From contig CBDCWP010000032.1 in NCBI GenBank assembly GCA_965223505.1, positions 1 to 44,315 of the forward strand: a stretch of DNA of 44,315 nt. The letters are read 5' to 3'. The position numbers and the translations under genes were made by a program. Positions 35,832 to 44,315 of this stretch are shown piece by piece. The DNA is from Planctomycetota bacterium. GTDB lineage: Bacteria; Planctomycetota; PLA2; JAEUHO01. Every line of letters begins with the position of its first letter. Position 1 is the stretch's first letter. The notes below the pieces were generated by a model, which worked only from the letters and a program-made list of their open reading frames with translations, was not told the DNA's origin and ran no database searches.

Positions 35832-36345
35832 CTACGTCTCCTTGATAGTCACGGTCGGCAGCCAGAGCTCGGCGTCGCCGCTCATGTCGTCATTGGCATG
35901 CGTGGCGTTGCGGCGGATGCGCAGGATCCCCGCCTCGCCGTCTGCGATGGAGTCCATGTCCGCGCCGTCGGTGAACGTGATCGACGCACGGGACCGCTCT
36001 CCCCGACGCCGAGGGCGCGGTGTCGTCGACGTCGTTGAAGTCGTAGGTGTGCGATGTGTCCACATCCTCGGCGTCGTCCTGGATGCGCCGGATCGCCGCG
36101 CCCCATCGGGTCTCGTTCGTCGTGGCTGTATCCGCCGACCAATCGAAAGTGATCGTCAGTCCGCCGCCGGCGTAGTTCTCCAGCCGGAAGTAGAAGTCCC
36201 AATACTCGATCGCCGCATCGTCGAACTTGAGCGTCGGCACGAGCTCGCCCGGTGTCGAGCCTCCGGCGCGTGAAGACGGCGCAGCCTGGCTCGCGTCCGG
36301 GGGCGCGGGATACACCGCGTAGCCAACGATCTCGCCACTAGCCAT
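35832..36345 (-). CDS. Putative tail protein (indel near 36000)
   Basis: LKFDDAAIEYWDF...NYAGGGLT...SITFTDGADMDSI...LRIRRNATHANDDMSGDAEL. Confidence 0.65.
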
Positions 36346-36776
36346 CCGGAATCTCCTCGAGGCGCTGGCGGATGCGGTGTCGCCATTCGCCCGGGGGCCG
36401 TGCCGGCGTCGATCTGCCCAAGCGGCGTAGGCGCGCTCTGGCCCGCCTGGTAGCGAACGATGGACGCGAGCAGATCGACCTGGGCGCGCAGCGCGTTGAT
36501 CTCACGCCGCGATTGGCGGGCGAGGGCGTGCAGAAAGCGCCGGCCCTCCTCCATCTCCGCATCGTCGGCAGCGAGGAGCTCAAGCGCGTCCACTGCGTCC
36601 TGCTCCGCCTGCGTCATCGGGACCAGCGCGCCACCGGACTCCTTCCAATACTTCTGGTCGAAGCCGACGACGTTGGTCAGGTCAGGATTTAGGATCGCAT
36701 TCGGGTCGCCCTCGTAATCGCCCTCCGCTTGCGACGTTTTGTACTCAGCCTCGGCGATGAGCCACACAGTCGACAT
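36338..36776 (-). CDS. Putative tail fibre chaperone-like protein (indel near 36390)
   Basis: KYWKESGGALVPMTQAEQDAVD followed by coiled coil. Confidence 0.55.
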
Positions 36777-36788
36777 GCTGCCCCATTC

Positions 36789-37228
36789 CTACGCTGCGAT
36801 CACGTCCAACGCGCGCGGCCGCAAACTCGGGTGTGACGCCGTCCGAAATCAGAAGGCTCGCAGTGAGCGCAATGCGCATCAGCAGGTTGCCCGCGCCCGA
36901 GGCGTCCGTGCCGATACCGACGTAGGTCGCCGTCTCGTCGCCGCCGGCCGTCTTCTCACCGAAGGTGATCGCGTTGTCGTTGTCCACCGTGTCACTGGCG
37001 ACGGTCCATCCCGTGCCGCTTCGCGACACCGCCACGCGCGCGTAGCCGGTGTAGGCGCACTCGCTCGTCGTCTGGGACCCCCGCTTCTCCGGGATCGCCG
37101 GTGTGCAGCGAAATGTGGAGCTGCGTGTAAGGGCCCGTCACCTTATCTTCCGCAAGGCTGAGCCACGTCGTCGCGAGGAAAATCAGCTCGAGAAGGTCAG
37201 TCTCGGCCTGGTCCGTGAGAATCGACAT
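36789..37228 (-). CDS. Minor tail protein (indels)
   Basis: LHISLHTGDPGEAG..TSECAYTGYARVAVSR...NAITF...VGIGT...GVTPEF widespread phage tail motif. Confidence 0.75.
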
Positions 37229-37231
37229 CGA

Positions 37232-37519
37232 CTACTCCTTCGCCTGAATCAGGTCTTCCTCGGGACGCGTGCGGAACGGATGCGGCATCTCGTCCGGCGT
37301 CACCTCCCATGAACCGTTCGGGCGCCAGCGACGGTTGTTCGCCGGGCCAAACCAGTCATTCGAGCCGCGCTCGGGCTCGGGGCGCACGTCAGCAGCGCAG
37401 TGCTGCAGCTCGTTCGTGTCCGGATCGCGGCGATAGAACCGCTTCCTCGCCTCGTCCAAGAAGCCTGCGGGCGTGTAGCACCCACCCGTGAAGTAGTTGC
37501 GCGCGTTGCGTTTGTCCAT
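37232..37519 (-). CDS. Hypothetical protein
   Basis: 95 aa, GAGG RBS. Confidence 0.5.
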   Translation of the reverse strand: MDKRNARNYFTGGCYTPAGFLDEARKRFYRRDPDTNELQHCAADVRPEPERGSNDWFGPANNRRWRPNGSWEVTPDEMPHPFRTRPEEDLIQAKE

Positions 37520-37615
37520 GGACAGAACCTCTGTGAGATTCGCGCCCGCAACGCGCTATAAGAAGCAGGCGACTTGATTTCGAGCCTTCATTCTACGGGC
37601 TCTCGCCCACAGTCC

Positions 37616-38281
37616 CTACATCTCCTCGTACGCCTCGATCACCCAGGCCTCGTACGAGAACGACGCCGTTCCGCCACCGACGGTCACACTGAACTCCATC
37701 ACCTCGGACGTGTTCAGAGGAACGACGATCTCCGCCTCGAGGTAGCGATCGACGACCGCGGCGTAGACGCGATGCTCGGGCGCCGTCGTGCCCTTCTTCC
37801 GGAACGAGATGTAGGCATTGTCCTGACCCAGCGTCTCGCTGGCACCCGTCTTGATGCGAACTCGAAGACGAACCGCAGCCACCAGAGCGTCCTTCTGGCT
37901 CGCGTCCTGGATGTCCTGCAGGAGCGTTGCCAGGTTGACGTCCTCCCACACCACGTTGGCCGCCGCCGGCGATGTCGTCGTGAACGTCACGGCATGCGCA
38001 ACCACAGCCCGCAGGACCTTCTGCCGGCGAACGGTCCGCCACCCGTACGTCCCTCCGCCGAGGTCCTGCCACTCTTTCTTGACCGGGTTCTCGGCGTCGG
38101 TCTCGTCGATCCAGACCTTCCCGCTGTCGGCCGCCCCCCACGCGACCGTCGACGGATCAGCCGTTCCGGAATACCTCGTGAGCGCCGTGTCGATTCCGCG
38201 ATCTGCGGCGCCCATGACAGCATTCCCGTCGTCGTCCAGGTCGATCTCTGCGTTGCCAGTGGTCTTGTAGGTCTGAACCAT
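37616..38281 (-). CDS. Putative tail protein
   Basis: 221 aa, RBS GAGGAG; YSGTADP...GKVWIDET. Confidence 0.6.
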   Translation of the reverse strand: MVQTYKTTGNAEIDLDDDGNAVMGAADRGIDTALTRYSGTADPSTVAWGAADSGKVWIDETDAENPVKKEWQDLGGGTYGWRTVRRQKVLRAVVAHAVTFTTTSPAAANVVWEDVNLATLLQDIQDASQKDALVAAVRLRVRIKTGASETLGQDNAYISFRKKGTTAPEHRVYAAVVDRYLEAEIVVPLNTSEVMEFSVTVGGGTASFSYEAWVIEAYEEM

Positions 38282-38292
38282 CTTCTCTCTCC

Positions 38293-39864
38293 TCAGTAGC
38301 CGAACGCGGCCCACTCGATCGTGTCGGCCGTCGTCGCTTGCGCGTTCGCTGAATCGCGCACCATGATCTTGAAAGTCGTCGCGCCGGCCCCGTGGCCGGA
38401 CGGAAGCGCGATGTGAGCAACGGTCCCGCCATTGCCCTGGCAGCTCGCGACGACGTACATCGCGTTGGGGAACATGCTCCCGCCCGTGATCGGGTGAACG
38501 GGAAGCGTGACCGTCACACCGGGCGCCGCGACGCCGTTCGTCGGCCATGCGACCGAGCCCGATACGATGCGTCGCGGGAAGAGAGCCCGGACCAGGACCT
38601 CGCCGGAGCGCACGCGGAAGTAGCCCGTCTCCTCTTCGATGATCAGGCGCGCTTGGAAGTACCGACCCTTGAGCCACATGCCCGGCATGTACGGCTCCCA
38701 CGGGACGCTGTTTCCCTCCATATCGGCCGTATCAGAGACCCGGACCTCCCACCGGATGAAGCGAAGCGGGTTCTTCGGTTTCCCCGTTCCCGTCACTTCG
38801 TCCATCAGGTACTTCGGACCGTAGTTCGTCGGTGCGTCTCGAGTCTCGTCGTCATGCAGATGCGGGAACATCGGCATGTTGAGGTTGCTCGACTTCGTGT
38901 TCAGGTACGCGTTGTCGGCCGCGACGTCGGAACGATGGCAGTTGTCCCAACACTCAGGCATGAAGTGAACCGACGCGCCGAAATCGTGCTCGTTCGTCGG
39001 AATCGTGGCGTTCTGAAAGAACGGCGTCAGGTGGATCCAGTTCTCCGTCAGGAACGTCCCGTTGATGGCGCCCAGCGCCGCCCATCCCGCCGCGTCGCTC
39101 GCAGCTGGCAGCTTCACCGTCTGCCAGCCCTCGGACGTGTCGAACTCGTACGTGTCGGGCGCTGCGGGGCCGGACCAGCCACTCCCTCCGTTCTTCGTAC
39201 CGCCGACCAGGTCGACCTCTGCGATCAGCACCGCGGCCAAGGTCCGGATCGCCTCCGGAACGTGAAGCGTCTGCTCCGACGGCATCGCCCGGCCGTCCGT
39301 CCCTCCCGAGGCCACGGACGGAGAACCGGCGCGTCACCTGCCGCGCTGCGGACGACCCGCCGAAGATCGCATGCCCGCCGGCCGGCACGCCGGGAATCGA
39401 GACGCGACCGTTCTGGTTCATCACCCCCTTGGGATCCGGCTTGACGACGCTCACCAGCTTCCCGTACTCGACGTCGACGTGCCGGCCGGGTGCTCGATCA
39501 CCTGGAGGACGTGGGGCTCGTCGTCAACGGACGGAGGGTCCGCCAGAAGCGCGATATGGCTCTTCGGTGTTGCCTGGCCCACCGCCGCGTTCGAAGGCGT
39601 CGCCGGCTTGACCCGCCGCCCTGTGACGTTGAGCTCCGCGTACGCCACCTCGGGCCAGGACTCGATCCCGCAGCCCGAGAGCTTCATCAGCGCCCGCACG
39701 ATCCAGCGCCCCTTGGGCAGGTTGAACTGCGCGAAACGGTTGCCGAGCGGGGCCGTCGCGACCTGGTCGCCGCGGAAGTTCTCGTCCTTCGACGCGAACA
39801 CGCACCAGCCGCAAGCCCCGCGCTGCAGCGACACGTCGTACCAGCTGAGGTTGACGATCGGCAT
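38293..39864 (-). CDS. Putative tail protein (several indels 39300-39480)
   Basis: ATG abuts upstream TAG; C-terminal WEPYMPG...GRYFQARL...IEWAAFGY. Confidence 0.6.
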
Positions 39865-42158
39865 CTACCAGTCCCCCGGGTCGTACGTCGCCGTGTACGT
39901 GCGGGAACTTCGTCTTCGCCTTCCTGCGGACCTGAGAGGTCTTGGTCGTAGGCGGGGGCGCCGAAGGACGCTTCGTCTTCTTGCTTCGGTGGCGGCAGGC
40001 CCGTTGTGGCGTCCTCGTCCTCCTCGTCCTTCGAGTCCGAACCGGACGGCTTGAGCGTTGCGCTCAGCGTCTCCTGGGGCGTCGTGGTCTCCACCGCAAG
40101 CAGCGGCGGGATCGGGTCGAAGTTGTCCACGAACACGTCGGCGTGGTACTCGAACGCGTTGAGCGTGCCCGTTCCGTCCTGCTCGTAGGCCATGTCGAGG
40201 ATCGTGAGCTCCTTCGGCGCCCAGCCGATCCGTGACGAGTGCGCGCTGACCCGGTCGTTCAAGATGAGGTCCTGCTCGCCGAAGAAGAACCCGAGCCCAG
40301 CACGCACCGGCGCGAACTGGGCCCGGTTCAAGCAGGTATCGAGCGTGGTGAAGCGCCTCCTGCACACGCGTCACCCCGAAGAGGTTCATCTCGAGCACGC
40401 GCTCCGGGGAGACGAACGCCGGCGCCTCGCCGTGAGAAGGCTGAACGCGCCGCTGTCGTCCCCCTTCACGATGCCGTTGATCGGCCAGGTCTTCTGCGTT
40501 GGGTCAGCCTCGGAGATCAGGATTCCGTCGCTCAAGACCTTGGACACCCAGCCCTCGGAGCCCCCCTCCCACGGTGACCCTCTCGCCGACTTGGTACGTG
40601 CCGCTTCCGCCCGAGAGAACCATCTTTCGGTCGCGCAGCTCGATCGTTCGCTTCGCGTAGTCGTGCGCCCGATCCGTGTAGATCACGCGCACCGAGTTGA
40701 TTCGCTCAGAATCGGGGATGACCGAGTCGATCAGGGACGAGAACTGGTTGCCCTGGTTCGACTCGAGGCGGATTCCCTTCCGGTTCCCGTCGCCCTCGTC
40801 CTCGCTGAACGTGCGCGAAGACGCCTTCACCTCGTCCCGGACAAGCTCGATCTTCCCGTCGATCATCAGCACGTTCAGACGCGACGGCGAGCATGATCCG
40901 ATTCGCGTGCTCGCGCGCCTGAGCACGCACGTCCATGACGATGTCGAGCTCGTTGCGCTTGTGGCCTGTCTCGTAGTTGCGGCCCGTGATCACGTCGTCA
41001 CAGGTGTCCGCCTGCGTCCGCCACGACTCCCCAACGCCGTCCGCAATCCTCGAAGCGGAGATCTCCTCCCCGAGCCCGTAGCGTGTGTTGAGAAGAAAGT
41101 CGCGAAGGCACAGAACCGGGTTGCGGCTCCATGCGGTGAGACCGGTCCGCGGGTCGTAGACCTTGATCCCCTTCACCAAACACGTGACGTTCGGGATTCC
41201 CCCGTCGAGCTGAGCTTGGGCCGGGATCTTCAGACCCAGCAGCGCCGTGTGCGGATACGCGCGCTCGAGCGCCTGCACCTCGACGATCGACGTGACCGTC
41301 GGCGCGTGGATCGACTTCGTCGTCTCCGCCAGGCCTCCAGTGATCCGGATCGTATAGCGGTCCGTGTCCTCGAAGTCGATTCGCAGCTGCTTGCGAATCG
41401 CCTGCTGCGAGAGCGCCGTGAAGTAGAACGTCCCATTGCCGACTGAGATCCAGTCGACCATGTCCTTCGTCGCCGGCGCGTACTTCGTGTCCGGGTCCGT
41501 CGCCTTCTTGTACTCCACCTTCACGTAGGAGGTGTTCGCCTGGATCTTGCCCTGGGAGTTCTGGCTGTAGAGACCGCCGAGCCACGACAACTGGACGATC
41601 ATCGAGTCCGTGTCGCCCCTGCCCTCGTGCACGTGCGTGTCAGTGGAGTCCGAGAGCTTCGTGTTCGAGTTGAACGCCGTCCCGATCTCCTCGAAGCCCT
41701 TGATCACCGTCTGGCTCGCGGTGCCCATCCGTGTGAAGGACTCGACGTCTTCGAACGCGTCGATCGGAGTGTCGTTCAGCCGAATGTCGCTGATGCTGTC
41801 GATCTCACCCTCGCCCACCGCCATCAGGACGTGCAGGTACTGCGTGAGGTCCGTTGGGTCCTGCGAGAGCGTCGTGCTGATCACGGTGGGCGCGACGCGC
41901 TCCTTCCCGTAGATCACCCGGACCGGTGCGCCGTCGTGCGCCTGGTTCGACAGGTTGTCGAAGCCGTACCGGGGGCTGGACTTGTCCCCATCACGGCCGC
42001 TTGGGGTGAGGAGCGTCGAGACGATCGTGACCAGGCCGAGCTGGATGAGACGACCGCCGAAGGCCGCGCCCGACGCCCGTCAGCGTTGCGAAGACGCCCG
42101 CGATCAGCGAGAGCCCGCCGAGCAGGATGCCGCCGAACTTGCCGTCGAAGATTCCCAT
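39865..42158 (-). CDS. Central tail tip / host-specificity J-like protein (multiple indels)
   Basis: SPRYGF...GAPVRVIYG...MAVGEGEIDSI..IRLNDTPI...YPHTALLGL...WSRNPVLCLRDFLLNTRYGLG. Confidence 0.85.
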
Positions 42159-42674
42159 CAGATCACCGCGTTCACATCGGGGATGCCGGGGAAGTGCCTG
42201 CGTGTGATGGTTCGACGCGGGACCTCGAGGTCCAGGATCGAAAGGAACGACTTCAGGTCCAGCCGAATGCCGTGCTCAACCCTCTCCCAGTGCTCGAGCT
42301 TTGTAGTCCTCGCGGAACGCGTCAGTCAGCGCTGAGCTCGGATCCAAGCAGCGTGGCGTCCGTCAGGAAGAACGTCACCTCCTGGCCGATGAAGTCCGCG
42401 CCGGCGTCGAGGAGTGTCTTCCAGTTCCCGTCGTGGTCGCTCCAGGATGAATCGACAACGTGCCGGACTGGTCGCTCCCCTGGTGGGAGACCTCTGGCGC
42501 GGTTGAACGGCCTGCACGATCCATGTGAGCCCGCCGAACTCGACCTCGGCGTCGTAGTTCGTGTAGTAGACCGTTGGCCGGCGTGCCGCCCGTGACGAGC
42601 TGCATCATGTACACCGGCTCGAAGCTCGCCGAGCGGAAGACGTTCAAGAGGGATGCGGGAGTGGACCTAGGCAC
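42158..42674 (-). CDS. Tail tip/hub minor protein (multiple indels)
   Basis: FEPVYMMQL...YYTNYDAEVEFGGLTW...LEVPRRTIT...FPGIP; TGATG coupling to J-like gene. Confidence 0.6.
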
Positions 42675-42840
42675 GCTTCCACCAGTCCGCCGGATCCGGG
42701 TCCTTGTCGCCCTCCGGGCATCGAAGAACGGTTCGCCCGAGCTTCTTGCTCTCCCACTCGATGATGGCCCAGCAGCGCCCTTTGCTGTCCCACGTCGGGA
42801 TCACGGTGCCGCTGATCTTGCCCGCCTTGTCGCTAGGCAT
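42667..42840 (-). CDS. Small hypothetical protein
   Basis: 57 aa, GGAGG RBS, overlaps neighbours. Confidence 0.5.
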   Translation of the reverse strand: MPSDKAGKISGTVIPTWDSKGRCWAIIEWESKKLGRTVLRCPEGDKDPDPADWWKRA

Positions 42841-43399
42841 CCGGCACCTCCTCGAGGTCGAACTGCGCACCGAACGGAGCCCAGATCCGGGAGCGCTCGT
42901 AGCTGTCCATCACGACACGGCGGTAGTAGTGGTAGTTCGCCGTTGCCGCGCCGGCCGGCGCCGACGAGAACGTGATCGTGCGTGCGTCCGTGTCCACCGA
43001 GGCGTGGTTCACTGGCGCCCCCGCGTCGAACACCTGCAGGTTCGCGTCGTCGATCGGGTAGTCGCCTCCGTACTTGCCCGTCTTCGGCAGCTCGTACACC
43101 GCGCCGGCAACCTGCGTCAGCGTGACCAGCCCTCCGGACGCGAAGCGTTCGAAGTCGTGGATGTCCTTCCACAGGAACGAGTCCACGCCTTCGATCGTGT
43201 CTTCGAAGAAGCCCTCCAGCGAAAGCCTGTCTGCGTCCGTCTCCAGGAGCGCTTGGAGCCCCGGGTAGCGTCGAAGAAGTCGAGAGAACGTGGCTGCGCG
43301 CTGGTGACCGCCGCCCGAGAAGCGCTGCACGACCTTCGGGCGCATCAAGATCACCCGGTAGCCGCGGCGGATCGGGACGTCGAGCACCGCAAGCGCCAT
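42833..43399 (-). CDS. Distal tail protein (DUF2460-like)
   Basis: Follows TMP; GGGHQR...LEGFF...SFLWKD...ITFSSAPAGA...YYRRV. Confidence 0.7.
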   Translation of the reverse strand: MALAVLDVPIRRGYRVILMRPKVVQRFSGGGHQRAATFSRLLRRYPGLQALLETDADRLSLEGFFEDTIEGVDSFLWKDIHDFERFASGGLVTLTQVAGAVYELPKTGKYGGDYPIDDANLQVFDAGAPVNHASVDTDARTITFSSAPAGAATANYHYYRRVVMDSYERSRIWAPFGAQFDLEEVPDA

Positions 43400-44302
43400 C
43401 AAAGGCCCTTCTGGTTGCGGATCATGCGACCGACCGTCGGATCCGTTGCAACCGTGCGACGAACCATCTCGGCGAAGTCAGACTGGCTGGTGAGCGCGTC
43501 GGATTGGCGCGCGTCAACCGAGAGCGTGAGCTGAACGGGCGACGTACCGCCGCCCGGCTTCGCCGGTCACCCGCCCGGACCGCACGCGCCGAACGAGGGA
43601 ATGTCGAGCGGGGGCAGGTCCGGGCTGCCCGTAGCGAAGTCGTTCGGCCCGAAGATCGGGCCGCTGAACCCGCCCCCGCCTCCGCCACCCCCAAAGGCGC
43701 TGATCGCAGTACCCACGATTCCGCCGACACCGCCTCCGCCACGGCCACCGCCGAAGATCGACGCCATCAGGTTCGTGATCCCGCTCGACACGATCTGGTT
43801 GATCAGGGAACGGAGAAGCGCGTCCATCGCCTGCTTCGCGATATCCGACGCGTTCTCGAATCCACTCGAGATTCCGTCGACGATGATGTCGCTCAGGCCG
43901 CCCCCGAGCGGAACCTCGATGTTCGAGACGAACTGCTTGGCCGTCTCTGGAGCCGTTTCTGCGATCGCGCGGCCCGTTACGGACTGAAGCCGGCCGATCA
44001 ACGCGTTCGCTCTCGCCGAGTCGATGCCCAGGTCAGCCGCACGCCTCCGAAGGTCCTCCATCTCGTGCTGAATCGCCAGCTGCCGGCGCATCTCGTCCGA
44101 CGTCGCGGTCTCAAGCGCAATGCGCCGCTCGATACTGCGGATGAAGTCCTCCTGCGCACGTGCCTGATCGGCGAGCTGTCGTGCGATGTCCTCGAGCTCT
44201 TGTCGCCGGCGCTTGTCGAGCGCAAGCTGCCTCTCTGTGACCTCGACGCCCTGCCTGAGGCCCGTAAGGACTCGCTGGGTGGTCCCCTCATCCACCACGG
44301 AC
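43399..44302 (-). CDS. Tape measure protein, C-terminal part, with in-frame TGA at 43567-43569
   Basis: In frame with 1271..1; after the TGA the same frame stays open 55 codons to a TGATG overlap with the next gene. Confidence 0.85.
43536..43566 (-). promoter_or_regulatory. Candidate bacterial SECIS hairpin
   Basis: UGA-CCGGCGAAGC-CGGGCGGCG-GUA-CGUCGCCCG; GGU at +19..+21. Confidence 0.55.
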
Positions 44303-44315
44303 TCGGTTCCTTGAG

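Noticed and set aside
1..44315. Genome-wide TGA reassignment
   Set aside because: Many genes end in TGA with ATGA/TGATG coupling, so TGA is a normal stop; only the TMP site looks recoded

Overview
The window is a complete, circularly assembled, GC-rich temperate siphovirus-type genome of about 44,302 bp. The first 13 nt repeat the last 13 nt, and the tape-measure reading frame runs in frame across the junction. The minus strand carries an HK97-like packaging/head/tail operon: HNH, Dam-like methylase, cos-like site, TerS, TerL, portal, S49 protease, capsid, neck, tail tube, G/GT chaperones, tape measure, tail tip and fibres, membrane proteins, then a nuclease and SNF2 helicase. It also carries an early operon with a beta clamp, an iteron-bearing replication initiator and a FliA/WhiG-like sigma factor. 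The plus strand carries the repressor, accessory genes, attP and a tyrosine integrase. Many genes are split by single-base indels, probably read errors, so single-base claims need read-level checks. Four signals stand out. (1) The tape-measure gene has an in-frame UGA in a C-G-P-G-G-[UGA]-P context, followed by a SECIS-like hairpin and a 55-codon extension coupled to the next gene, making it a candidate phage selenoprotein. (2) A hairpin-dense plus-strand transcript of about 850 nt, masked by an IS1-family insertion, encodes a 38-aa Lys/Arg-rich peptide and a Cys-bodied tRNA with a UGC anticodon clamped in a 30-bp stem. (3) A second atypical tRNA has a GGA anticodon but no variable arm. (4) The attP carries the 5' rather than the 3' half of a CAU tRNA. 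The host cannot be identified from sequence alone.
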